This document shows positions 29,094 through 43,741 of a DNA stretch of 64,000 nt, one piece after another (position 1 is the stretch's first letter; each line of letters begins with the position of its first letter). The DNA is taken from NCBI GenBank assembly GCA_002269645.1, contig NIVC01002227.1, positions 1,229 through 65,228 on the forward strand, read 5' to 3'. The notes under the pieces were generated by a model that saw nothing but the letters and a program-made list of their open reading frames with translations, did no database searches and was not told where the DNA came from. Position numbers and translations under genes: made by a program. The stretch is from Macrostomum lignano (taxonomy: Eukaryota).

Positions 29094-32000
29094 GCAACTA
29101 CTATTACTACCACTACTACTACCACTACTACTACTACCACTACTACTACTACCACTACTACTACCACTACTACTACTGCAACTACTATTACTACCACTAC
29201 TACTACCACTACTACTACTACCACTACTACTACTACCACTACTACTACTACTACTGCTACTACTACTACTGCTGCTGCTGCTGCTACTACTACTACTAAT
29301 ACTACTCTAATTACAAAAATAAATAAGCTGCTCACCTGTTCCAATCCGTGCAGCAGCGGCACGCACTGCTTAGCAACCAATTCACACGAGGCCGCATGAT
29401 CAGTGCAGCAGCCAATGAGCAGTCGCAGAATATAACGCGCAGACGCGGCGCCCAGCAAACGCTCCCAATCGTTGCTGCTAACAACCGGACGAGCCAAAGC
29501 GCCACTGGGATCAGTGGAGGCCAAGGACTCGGGAGCCAAGGTCAACAAGTGCTTAGTACAAGCGGCAACGATTCCTCGCTGGAGTATCAGATCGCGCAGC
29601 TTCCTACCGTTCGATCCGGTCTGAGTGCTCTCGGCAATTTTGCAAAAGTACTCCAGGTAGAGCTGATCGTCGGCGCTTCGGGCTTTATCGAAGGCCGGAA
29701 AGTTCAGATAGGGCGAGAAGTACTCAATCAGGGTGCTCATCTTGCTATCGTCGCCAAAAGCCAGGGAGGGCAGCAGGCGGACCAGGCCGTGGCTCAACTC
29801 GCGGTGACTGGCTGAGAACGACGAGTCGAGACGTTTGAGCAGCAGGAGAAGCTGCTCAGCGTCGCCCGTCTGACGAGCGAATGCCTGCGGTGTTGAGGAA
29901 ATACAGGAAGAAAGGCCAGAATATAAGAAGATATTTAGTTAACTAAAGTGAACCAGCAACTGAGGATATGGGAGGCTGGCCCAGCAGCTGAGGATCTGGG
30001 AGGCTGGCCAGCAACTGAGGATCTGGGAGGCTGGCCCAGCAACTGAGGATCTGGGAGGCTGGCCCAGCAACTGGGGATCTAGGAGGCTGGCCCAGCAACT
30101 GGGGATCTGGGAGGCTGGCCAGCAACTGAGGATCTGGGAGGCTGGCCCAGCAACTGGGGATCTGGGAGGCTGGCCCAGCAACTGGGGATCTGGGAGGCTG
30201 GCCCAGCAACTGAGGATCTGGGAGGCTGGCCCAGCAACTGAGGATCTGGGAGGCTGGTAGCCCAGCAACTGAGGATCTGGGAGGCTGGCCCAGCAACTGA
30301 GGATCTGGGAGGCTGGCCCAGCAACTGAGGATCTGGGAGGCTGGTAGCCCAGCAACTGAGGATCTGGGAGGCTGGCCCAGCAACTGAGGATCTGGGAGGC
30401 TGGCCCAGCAACTGGGGATCTGGGAGGCTGGCCCAGCAACTGAGGATCTGGGAGGCTGGCCTAGCAACTGAGAATCTGGGAGGCTGGCCCAGCAGCTGAG
30501 GATCTGGGAGGCTGGCCCAGCAACTGAGAATCTGGGAGGCTGGCCCAGCAACTGAGGATCTGGTAGGCTGGCCCAGCAACTGAGGATCTGGTAGGCTGGC
30601 CCAGCAACTGAGGATCTGGTAGGCTGGCCCAGCAACTGAGGATCCAGGCTCACCTCGCTGACGCTGGCGCTTGCCTGGTCGGCCTCGCACAGCACCCGCT
30701 CCATAATGGCCAGCACCTGCGGACTGAGAGCAAAGCCCATCTCGCCGGACATCACCGTGTTGAGGGTCTTCAGTAGCACCGGCATAGCGCAGATCCTGGG
30801 GTCCAGCAGCACCTGACGATTGCTGGACACCTTCAGGCAGAGCTCCAGCAGGTTGAGGCTGGAGCTGATGAACTGCTTAGCCCGGGACAGGTCGCCGCTG
30901 GGCACAGTGTCAAGTCGGCGAAGCAGAACAGTCAGACCGCCGCAGGCGCCCACAACCTCCGTCATCCGGTATGTTTCCTCTTCGTCCGATTCGGCTTCGG
31001 CTTCGAACGATTCGATGAGATCTTCGGTGGCGTCGCCGGACAGGCCGCGGATGCGGAATACAATGCGCATTGGCTCGCCTTCGGAGTACTTCACGGCCCA
31101 CACCTGAGCAGCAGGGAATGAGGTGCGGGGTTCGATTCTTAAAAACTGGTTAACAAAGTCCCGGGTTCGATTATCAAAAACTAGTTTACGAAAGCCCCGG
31201 GTTCGATTCTTGAAAACTGGTTACCAGAAGTCCCAGGTTCGATTCTAGAAAACTGGTTACCAGAAGTCCCAGTTTCGATTCTAGAAAACTGGTTACCAGA
31301 AGTCACAGTTTCGATTCTTGAAAACTGAGTAACGGAAGTTACGGGTTCGATTCTTGAAAACTGAGTCACGGAAGTTACGGGTTCGATTCTTGAAAACTGA
31401 GTAACGGAAGTCACGGGTTCGATTCTTGAAAACTGAGTAACGGAAGTCACGGGTTCGATTCTTGAAAACTGAGTAACGGAAGTCACGGGTTCGATTCTTG
31501 AAAACTGAGTAACGGAAGTCACGGGTTCGATTCTTGAAAACTGAGTAACGGAAGTTACGGGTTCGATTCTTGAAAACTGAGTAACGGAAGTCACGGGTTC
31601 GATTCTTGAAAACTGAGTAACGGAAGTTACGGGTTCGATTCTTGAAAACTGAGTAACGGAAGTCACGGGTTCGATTCTTGAAAACTGAATAACGGAAGTC
31701 ACGGGTTCGATTCTTGAAAACTGAGTAACGGAAGTCACGGGTTCGATTCTTGAAAACTGAGTAACGGAAGTCATGTGTTCGATTCTTGAAAACTGAGTAA
31801 CGGAAGTCACGGGTTCGATTCTTGAAAACTGAGTAACGGAAGTCACGGGTTCGATTCTTGAAAACTGAGTAACGGAAGTCACGGGTTCGATTCTTGAAAA
31901 CTGAGTAACGGAAGTCACGGGTTCGATTCTTGAAAACTGAGTAACGGAAGTCACGGGTTCGATTCTTGAAAACTGAATAACCGAAGTCACGGGTTCGATT

Positions 32001-35000
32001 CTTGAAAACTGAATAACCAAAGTCCGGAGTTGAAGTTTTGAAAATAGTTAATACAAGTCCCTGGTTCGAGTCCGGTAAAAAAGATTTACCGGTTTTGTGT
32101 AGCATGTCTCACCTTCTTATAGACCATAGCCACTGGCAGGTCCAAGCTGATAATCTTATTATCAACTAGCAGTTCCATAGCGGTGTCATCGTCAGCTAGG
32201 GACACCATATCCGTGTCCTTGCAGATCTTGGCTTTTACGTTGCGCATCAGCGGGCCAAGCTGAGGATCGCGCGAGCTGAACGAGCTGCCTTGAATGCGGC
32301 CGTGCAGGAACTCCTCTTGGCTGGGATCTTTCTCCAAGACCATGAAGAACTCAGGCACCTGTAGCGCGTGTCACAGGGCTTTATATAAGTCCTGTTGCTA
32401 TGAGAGACACCCCATGGCCCATATTGAGTAACAGGTTTCACGCCGACTGCGACACAAGTTCTGACACTAATTGACCCTACAATCCCAAGTCCTAACACTT
32501 ATTGACCCTACAATCCCAAGTCCTGACACTTATTGACCCTACAATCCCAAGTCCTGACACTAATTGACCCTACAATCCCAAGTCCTGACACTTATTGACC
32601 CTACAATCCCTAGTCCTGACACTTATTGACCCTACAATCCCAAGTCCTGACACTTATTGACCCTACAATCCCAAGTCCTGACACTTATTGACCCTAATCT
32701 CCTTAGTTCTGACACTCAATAATATGACTGATACGTTAAGACGTAAATTGAGACGACGTAGTGTCATGAGACGTAGTGACATGACATATCTAAGCTATAG
32801 TCCTGACGCTAATTCTGATAATTATATTGACTCTAATCCACTAACACTTATTGATATCCAGCCACTTATGTTGACACAAATCCTGACACTTATATTGACA
32901 CAAATCCTGACACTTATATTGACGCTAAGCCTGACTGACACATATCGATAATCCTGACACTATATTGACACCAATCCTGACACTTATTGTCGCTAAGCCT
33001 GACTGACACATATTGATAATCCTGACACTTATATTGACGCTAATCCTGACACTTATTGCCGCTAAGCCTGACTGACACATATTGATAATCCTGACACTTA
33101 CATTTACACAAATCCTGACACTATATTGACACAAATCCTGACACTTACATTGACACCAATCCTGACACTATATTGACACAAATCCTGACACTATATTGAC
33201 ACAAATCCTGACACTTACATTGACACCAATCCTGACACTATATTGACACCAATCCTGACACTTACATTGACACCAATCCTGACACTTACATTGACACCAA
33301 TCCTGACACTATATTGACACCAATCCTGACACTTGTATTGACACCAATCCTGACACTATATTGACACCAATCCTGACACTATATTAACACCAATCCTGAC
33401 ACTATATTGACACCAATCCTGACACTATATTAACACCAATCCTGACACTTACATTTACACCAATCCTGACACTTACATTGATACCAATCCTGACACTATA
33501 TTGACACCAATCCTGACACTTGTATTGACACCAATCCTGACACTTACATTGACACCAATCCTGACACTATATTGACACTAATCCTGACACTTACATTGAC
33601 ACCAATCCTGACACTATATTGACACCAATCCTGACACTTACATTGACACCAATCCTGACACTTACATTGACACTAATCCTGACACTTACATTGACACCAA
33701 TCCTGACACTATATTGACACCAATCCTGACACTTGTATTGACACCAATCCTGACACTTACATTGACACCAATCCTGACACTATATTGACACTAATCCTGA
33801 CACTTACATTGACACCAATCCTGACACTATATTGACACCAATCCTGACACTATATTGACACCAATCCTGACACTATATTGACACCAATCCTGACACTATA
33901 TTGACACCAATCCTGACACTTGTATTGACACCAATCCTGACACTATATTGACACCAATCCTGACACTATATTGACACCAATCCTGACACTTACATTTACA
34001 CAAATCCTGACACTTACATTGACACCAATCCTGACACTATATTGACACCAATCCTGACACTTGTATTGACACCAATCCTGACACTATATTGACACCAATC
34101 CTGACACTATATTGACACCAATCCTGACACTTACATTGACACCAATCCTGACACTATATTGACACCAATACTGACACTTACATTGACACCAATCCTGACA
34201 CTTACATTTACACAAATCCTGACACTTACATTGACACCAATCCTGACACTATATTGACACCAATCCTGACACTATATTGACACCAATCCTGACACTATAT
34301 TGACACCAATCCTGACACTTACATTTACACAAATCCTGACACTTACATTGACACCAATCCTGACACTATATTGACACCAATCCTGACACTTACATTGACA
34401 CCAATCCTGACACTTACATTGACACCAATCCTGACACTTGTATTGACACCAATCCTGACACTATATTGACACCAATCCTGACACTATATTAACACCAATC
34501 CTGACACTTACATTTACACAAATCCTGACACTTACATTGACACCAATCCTGACACTTACATTGACACCAATCCTGACACTTGTATTGACACCAATCCTGA
34601 CACTATATTGACACCAATCCTGACACTATATTGACACCAATCCTGACACTTACATTTACACAAATCCTGACACTTACATTGACACCAATCCTGACACTAT
34701 ATTGACACCAATCCTGACACTTACATTGACACCAATCCTGACACTTACATTGACACCAATCCTGACACTTGTATTGACACCAATCCTGACACTATATTGA
34801 CACCAATCCTGACACTATATTAACACCAATCCTGACACTTACATTTACACAAATCCTGACACTTACATTGACACCAATCCTGACACTTACATTGACACCA
34901 ATCCTGACACTTGTATTGACACCAATCCTGACACTATATTGACACCAATCCTGACACTTACATTGACACCAATCCTGACACTATATTGACACCAATCCTG

Positions 35001-38000
35001 ACACTTCTATATACAACGAAACCGAATCCAATGAAAGCTCACCTCCTGCTTGTGCGGCGTAACCAGACTGCAAACCCGGTCGAGAATGAAAGAAGGCGAA
35101 TGATAATCACTAGGCGGACAGCGTCGAATGGAGTCGAAGCAAATTCGAATAAACAATCGGCGATCATCGTCACTAGCCGATGTAAGCTCCTCGAGCAGGC
35201 TGAGCAGCCGCTCCTGCGACTCTTCAATCAGCTTGCTGCGCTGCATCACCAGCCGTTTCAGCGACACGTAGCCGTCCAGAGCCATGCTAACTAGAGTCTC
35301 CCTGTGGCGCCGTTTTATTTCGGGCTGCTCTAGCAGGACCAGCACCAATTCTACGTAGGCTTTGAGTGCGAAGCCTAAGCTCAGATCGGAGCGCAGGCTG
35401 AGGGCGGCCTCTTGCTGGGTCAGTTCGGACAGTTCGTTAGTGATGAGGCTGCTCAGACGGTCGAGCAGGCCGGTCACGGCCGCGTGCAACGCGTAGGGTC
35501 GACGACGGAGTAGGCGGAGCGCCAGCGCCAGCAGCTCCTGGATGGAACGAAGAGGGATGATAATAAGGACTAAACTCGCTTCTGACACTCAATGACTCAT
35601 TCTGACTTTGCATGACTCATTCTAACATTCTATGACTCATACTGACATTATATGACTCATTCTGACTTTGCATTACTCATCCTGAAATTTTATGAGTCAT
35701 TATGACATTTTATCACTCATTCTGACGTTGTATGACCCATTCTGAACCTTATGACTCATTCTGACATTATAACTTATCCTGACATAGTATAACTCAATCT
35801 GAAATTGTATGATTCATTCTGACCCTTAATGACTCACTCTGAGATTGCATGACTCATTCTGACATTGTATGATTCATTCTAACATTGTATGACCCATTTC
35901 GACAAAAAATACTTATCTGACATTACGAGTAAATGACGTATTCTGAAATCATAACTCATCATAACAGCACACAAAGCTGCATCTAACCTGTCCGCGCTCC
36001 TGAGCACCCGACAGTCCGGGCAGCACTCCCAGCAACAGGCGGAGCATTCGATAGTTCTCATCCCCAGCGGTCAGCGTCTCCAACAGATCGCACGTGGCCA
36101 ATCGCAAAGCGGCAGAATTGCCGAACACAGTTTTGCTAATCCAGGCGGCGCCGGGCCAGGTCGAAGACGCCGATTGGATCCGATGTCGCTGACGGCGCAC
36201 CGGCCCAAGCCAGCGATTGGCGTACTTCACAGCCAGGCGTTGGCGACGATCGGCTGCGGCGGCAGCGGCCGAAGCAGCGGCGGCGGCGGCGGCCGACGAC
36301 GACGCTGAGGCCGATGTTGACGTCGAGGGTTGCAATAGCTGCAGGAACAGCTGTAGGCACGGCTCGGCAATCTGGTTAATTAAGTTGGAGATATATTGAT
36401 TGTATTAAAGACTAGGGGAAAAATATCCCATTGGGGTTTGGATATCGAGTTGGGATTTTTAGAATTGGGATTAGGGATGAGCTAGCTCTATGGATGATAT
36501 GAATTCAGGAATAGGGAAAATATCTCATTTGCCGGATTGGGATCAAGGATTACCGAGTTTAGTTGAGGAATTCAGGAATAGGGGAATTATCCCATTTGCA
36601 GGATTGGGATCAAGGATTACCGAGTTTAGTTGAGGAATTCAGGAATAGGGAAATTATCCCATTTGCAGGATTGGGATCAAGGATTACCGAGTTTAGTTGA
36701 GGAATTCAGGAATAGGGAAATTATCCCATTTGCAGGATTGGGATCAAGGATTACCGAGTTTAGTTGAGGAATTCAGGAATAGGGAAATTATCCCATTTGC
36801 AGGATTGGGATCAACGATTAACGGGATATAAGTTCGGAAATAGGGAAAATATCCCATTTGCAGAATTGGGATCAAGGATACGAGCTACAGAGTTCTCAAG
36901 GGAAAAATAGGATAATTTATTTTATCTTCTATCAAGTTTGGATTAGGGATTATTCAGTAGCGGATTAGCTTCTAGAAATAATCGATAATTATTTAAAGCT
37001 CACCTGCGCAATTGGTTGCTGACTGCCCGCGTCGCCGCTGCGCACGGCCAGGTGAAACGCGGACACCAGGCACGCTAGCCGGCGCTCCCACAGCGAGTCC
37101 AGCAGCCGAGCATTGTCAAGCAGAAGATCCACCTCGGAGCGAACGCTCAGCGGAGGCGGCAGGCCGGCCGAGTCTCCGGCTAGCAGGCCAACATTTTTCT
37201 GCCGATAAGCGGCCAGCGAATCCGTCAGCTTCTGCAGCAGTCGGGAGCACAGACGGCGACAGGCCGGTTCGCTATCCTTCGTGATGAGGCACACGATGTG
37301 CTTCACGTCGCCATGGAAACCGAGCAGGCTGTCTACCAGGCCCTGCAGGGTGAATAGGTTTGCGCAAGAAACCAATGGTCAGATCTATATATTCTTTTAA
37401 AATACGACCGTAAAAATAATTCCTAGAAAGCGGATTTTTTCTTTCTAGGATTTTTTCCTAGAAAGAGAAACAATTCTGAGAAGGCGTCATTAAGGTGTGA
37501 TTCTTGGAAATTGGTTTTAGAGCGATTCTTAGAAAGCGGCTTTAAGGCGATTTTTTGGAAAACGGCTTCACGATGATTCTTAGAAAGGGGCTTTAAAATG
37601 TGATTCTTGGAAAACGGCTTCACGATGACTCTTAGAAAGGGGCTTTAAAATGTGATTCTTGGAAAACGGCTTAACGGTGATTCTTAGAAAGGGGCTTTAA
37701 AATGTGATTCTTGGAAAACGGCTTCACGGTGATTCTTAGAAAGGGGCTTTAAAATGGGATTCTTGGAAAATGGCTTCACGATGATTCTTAGAAAGGAGCT
37801 TTAAAATGTGATTCTTGGAAAACGGCTTCACGATGATTCTTACGAAAGGGGCTTTAAAATGGGATTCTTGGAAAATGGCTTCACGATGATTCTTAGAAAG
37901 GGGCTTTAAAATGTGATTCTTGGAAAACGGCTTAACGGTGATTCTTAGAAAGGGGCTTTAAAATGTGATTCTTGGAAAACGGCTTCACGGTGATTCTTAG

Positions 38001-39036
38001 AAAGGGGCTTTAAAATGGGATTCTTGGAAAATGGCTTCACGATGATTCTTAGAAAGGAGCTTTAAAATGTGATTCTTGGAAAACGGCTTCACGATGATTC
38101 TTACGAAAGGGGCTTTAAAATGTGATTCTTGGAAAACGCTTCACGGTGATTCTTAGAAAGGGGCTTTAAAATGGGATTCTTGGAAAATGGCTTCACTGCA
38201 ATTTCTAGAAAGCGGCTCTAGAGCGATTCTTAGAAAGGGGCTTTAAAAGTTGACTTTTGGTAAATGACTTCACTGTAATTCCTAGAAAGCGGCTCTAAAG
38301 CGATTCTTAGAAAACGGTTTTAGTGCGATTCTAAGAAAAGAGGCTAAAATTGATTCCGAGAAACCGCTTTCTCACGCTTTCTCAGAAAGGCAATTCTCAC
38401 GTTAGAAAATAGCTCATTCTAATATAACTGTCCCTTTCGTGTAGCCAGTCCTAGATTTGGGAGTAAATAAAACAAATACGGCAGTAAAAAGCTACCTGCT
38501 CCTGCAGCACAGACTTAGCCGCCGGATCGGCAACCAGAGCGGTGAGCAATGCTAAGCATTGGCTCACGCTGGCCGTGGCGCAGCCGAAACAAGTCAGCCG
38601 CCTAGTTGACAGAGCGACAGACACCGAGCGTTGAAGATTCTGCTGGCCGCCTACACTGGCCGCACTGTGCCGGTTATCGTACAGAAACAGCTGACGCCTG
38701 GCTGACGTCACTTTCTGCAGCAGGCGGGTGAGCTCGGCGAATGCGGCTTTACAATCCACGCAGTATTTGCCTGCGGCCGTGTTGATAGCCGGATCGATGG
38801 CGGTTGCCGCGGCCAGGGCTAGGCTGGCTGCCGCCGCTGCAGAGCTGCTGCCGCCTCCGCCACCGCTGCTGGACTGCTTGACTGAGATCACCTGCGGAGG
38901 GCGGAGGTTGCGGTGGCTGTTGTTGGGGTGGGGTACTCGAAACTGAGGAATTTATACAGTGCAGAAGAAAGATGGGGAGATACACAGACAGACAGAGACA
39001 GAAAACAGACAGACAGACAGAAGGACAGACAGACAG

Positions 39037-39097
<61 letters not shown>

Positions 39098-39300
39098 GAG
39101 ACAGACAGACAGACAGACAGCCAGCCAGACAGACAGACAGACAGACAGACAGCCAGCCAGACAGACAGACAGACAGACAGACAGCCAGACAGACAGACAG
39201 ACGGACAGACAGACGGACAGACAGACAGACAGACAGAGAGACAGACAGACAGACGGACAGACAGACACTAAGACAGGACAGACAGACAGACAGACAGATA

Positions 39301-39333
<33 letters not shown>

Positions 39334-39334
39334 A

Positions 39335-39431
<97 letters not shown>

Positions 39432-39432
39432 C

Positions 39433-39495
<63 letters not shown>

Positions 39496-42400
39496 CACAG
39501 ACAGACACACAGACAGACAGACAGACAGACAGAAAGACAGACAGACAGACAGACAGACAGACACTAAGACACAAGACGGATAGACAAATGAATACAGAGC
39601 ACTGGGAACGCAGCTCACCGTCCTCGGCTTCTCAGCGCCAGACTCGGCGCCACCTGCAGACCTACCGCCGTTGGCGCCACCGGCAGCAGTGGAGTGAAAG
39701 ACGGTTTGCCTGTTGTCCAGCTGGGCCAGAGCGGACTCGATTGCGGCCCTATGAGTCAGTAGGGTCCGGTGCTTCTTGTCGGCCTGTTCAAGAAGCGACT
39801 GCACAGAGGCCAGGGTCTTCTGTCTGGCGGCCTCGTCTTCGATGGCGTCCCATTCGGCGCATGGGCGAGCGGTGACGCTGGATCAAGTCGTTTTTGAGAA
39901 TCAATTTTGAGTCGTTTTTTTGAGCTCGAGGGTCGTGTAATTAAAGCCATTAGTTGATGAATGAGCGTGTAAGTGAATCAGTGACTGAATGCTCGTAAGT
40001 GACAGCAGTGAGTAGAGGAGTATAAGCAAATAATTGAGTGACCCAGTGAGTAACAGAGCGCTTGAGTGATTTAGTGAGTGAATGAGTAAGTGATTGAATT
40101 AATGAATGAGTGAGTGAATGGGTGAATGAGTGAGTGATTAAGTGATTGAATGAATGAGTGAATGAGTAAGTGATTGAGTGATTGAGTTAATGAATGAATG
40201 AGTAAGTGATTGAACGAATGAGTGAGTGATTGAGTGAATGAGTGAATGAGTGAGTGATTGAGTGAGTGAATGCAGGAATGAGTAAATGAGTGAGTGATTG
40301 GATGAATGATTGAGTGAATGAATGAATGAATGAATTGGTGAGTAAGTGATTGAATGAATGAGTGAGTGAATGAGTGAATGAGTGAGTGATTGAGTGAATG
40401 AGTGAATGAGTGAGTGATTGAGTGATTGAGTTAATGAATGAATGAGTAAGTGATTGAACGAATGAGTGAGTGATTGAGTGAATGAGTGAATGAGTGAGTG
40501 ATTGAGTGAGTGAATGCAGGAATGAGTAAATGAGTGAGTGATTGGATGAATGATTGAGTGAATGAATGAATGAATGAATTGGTGAGTAAGTGATTGAATG
40601 AATGAGTGAGTGAATGAGTGAATGAGTGAGTGATTGAGTGAATGAGTGAATGAGTGAGTGATTGAGTGAGTGAATGCAGGAATGAGTAAATGAGTGAGTG
40701 ATTGAGTGAGTGAATGCAGGAATGAGTAAATGAGTGAGTGATTGGATGAATGATTGAGTGAATGAATGAATGAATGAATTGGTGAGTAAGTGATTGAATG
40801 AATGAGTGAGTGAATGCAGGAATGAGTAAATGAGTGAGTGATTGGATGAGTGATTGAGTTAATGAATGAATGAGTAAGGTGATTGAGTGAATGAGTGAGT
40901 GATTGTATGAATGAATGAATGAATGAGTGAATGAGTGAGTGATTGAGTGAGTGAATGCAGGAATGAGTAAATGAGTGAGTGATTGGATGAATGATTGAGT
41001 GAATGAATGAATGAATGAATTGGTGAGTAAGTGATTGAATGAATGAGTGAGTGAATGCAGGAATGAGTAAATGAGTGAGTGATTGGATGAGTGATTGAGT
41101 TAATGAATGAATGAGTAAGTGATTGAGTGAATGAGTGAGTGATTGTATGAATGAATGAATGAATGAGTGAATGAGTGAGTGATTGAGTGAGTGAATGCAG
41201 GAATGAGTAAATGAGTGAGTGATGAGTGTTTGTATGAATGAGTGAGGAATTAAAAGCCAAGAGAACTGATAAAATCGCAAACAATCAATAATATGTAAAA
41301 CTGTTACCTGAAGTCAAACTTCACGTAGCGACAGTGACCGCAATAGGTGCACAGAAAGGCGTCCCTTTCGTCATAATTAATATGCCGACACTTGACGCAT
41401 TGGAACACGTTCTCGTTACAGTTAGGGCAGACTCCAGGCTGCACAGGCACCGACTGACTGCACCGGGGACAGTGCATATTCTCAGCCATCACCGAGCTGG
41501 TCTCGTAGAAATCCGAGTATTCGAACATCAGACTGCAGGCTACTATTGGTATAGAAAATTCGGCAATAATTTCCGACTGCGAAGGCGACAATGACACCCG
41601 TTTGGCCAGACTCCACAGGCTGCGATTGTTCTTCAAATCCGTGATGTTCAATCCGGATTTGCTGTTATAGAGCACGTCTACGCAGCGTATCATTCGGCCG
41701 CGTTTGACCTCAGATAGGCGAACGGCGATGCGGCTGATTGTGTAGCTGCCGTCTAGCTTGAATATGTGCCTTTGAGATGAGAATTTCACCTGGTGGCGGG
41801 TGGTGCACAGAGTGTGTGGCGGTATTTCGGGTGTCAGAGTGGGTATTTTGAGTGTCAGAGTGGGTATTTTGAGTGTCAGAGTGGGTATTTTGAGTGTCAG
41901 AGTGGGTATTTTGAGTGTCAGAGTGGGTATTTTGAGTGTCAGAGTGGGTATTTTGAGTGTCAGAGTGGGTATTTTGAGTGTCAGAGTGGGTATTTTGAGT
42001 GTCAGAGTGTGAATTATGGGTGTCAGTGGGTATTTTGGGTGTCAGAGTGGGTATTTTGAGTTTCAGAGTGGGTATTTTTAGTGTCAGAGTGGGTATTTTG
42101 AGTGTCAGAGTGTGAATTATGGGTGTCAGTGGGTATTTTGGGTGTCAGAGTGGGTATTTTGAGTTTCAGAGTGGGTATTTTGAGTGTCAGAGTGGGTATT
42201 TTGAGCGTCAGAGTGGGTATTTAAAATTTCAGAGTGGTATTCAGGTTTCAAAGTGGGTATTTAGAGTGTCAGAGTGGGTATTCAGGTGTCAGAGTGGGTA
42301 TTTTTAGTGTCAGAGTAGGTATTTTGGGTGGCAGAGTGGGTATTTTGGGTATGAAAAGAATCGAAGATATCTCTTGAGTGCCGCAGAGAATACTTCAGGT

Positions 42401-43320
42401 GTCGGGGGGGATGGAGGGTATTTCTGAGGTGCCCCAGCACAAGAGCACACAAAGCTCACCTCGGACTTGATCTCCATCAGTTTAAGCAGCACAAAAGACT
42501 GATCAGGCTCGTGACAGACTTGGCAAGGCTCCTGTTCCAAATAGAAGCCCTCCAGATCCATAAAGTTCTGCAGCCTGGTGTACAGATCGAAGTTGAAATG
42601 GCTAGTTAGCCTGGCATTCTCGGCTGTGAGCATGTCAACCACCTGCTGACAGTAGCGAGCCCGTTCGCTTTGATCTAGCTGAGGCGAACTCAGCAACAGG
42701 TAGCCTAACAGGTCAACATAGCGCTCAGCCCTGGAGCTGAATGTTGGCAACTCGTGCCACAATTGCCAGACCAACTGTAGCAGGCTGAGCTGCTGCTCAG
42801 GCAGGCTGGCCGAATGCCGGTGCAGAGAGAATAGAAAGGCGTGAGCGCTGGACCGGACACTGGCCATACTGCTGTGGCATAGGAAGTACTTGACAAATCT
42901 CAGCAATAACGGTTGCTGCTGCTGTTGTTGCTGCCGGCCAAACACGCTGCTGACAAACTGACGGGCCAGCTGACCTGTAAAATAAAAATTGAATATAATA
43001 TTCAATATCTGCCCCGCACTGCACACTCGTGCATGTACAGCGTGTACAGCGGCCTTTGACCTTCTAATCGGTCAGGAATGTACACTCTACAGACACCTAG
43101 ACAGTTAGTCAGACAGTTGGTCAGACAGTTGGTCAGACAGTTGGTCAGAGTTAGTCAGACAGTTGGTCAGACAGTTGGTCAGAGTTAGTCAGACAGTTGG
43201 TCAGACAGTTGGTCAGACAGTTGGTCAGAGTTAGTCAGACAGTTGGTCAGACAGTTGGTCAGACAGTTGGTCAGACAGGCAGACAGACAGACAGACAGAC
43301 AGACAGATAGACAGACAGAC

Positions 43321-43389
<69 letters not shown>

Positions 43390-43525
43390 GGCAGACAGAC
43401 AGACAGACAGACAGATAGACAGACACACAGACAGACAGACGGATAGACAGACAGATAGACAGACAGACAGGCAGACAGACAGACAGACAGACAGACAGAT
43501 AGACAGACACACAGACAGACAGACG

Positions 43526-43561
<36 letters not shown>

Positions 43562-43638
43562 GGCAGACAGACAGACAGACAGACAGACAGATAGACAGAC
43601 ACACAGACAGACAGACGGATAGACAGACAGATAGATAC

Positions 43639-43673
<35 letters not shown>

Positions 43674-43698
43674 CACACACACACAGATAGACAGACAT

Positions 43699-43741
<43 letters not shown>

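Noticed and set aside
31130-32075. CRISPR array (36-bp repeats); also the 42-bp and 28-bp arrays
   Set aside because: Units are contiguous with no unique spacers, there are no cas genes, and the context is a eukaryotic intron.
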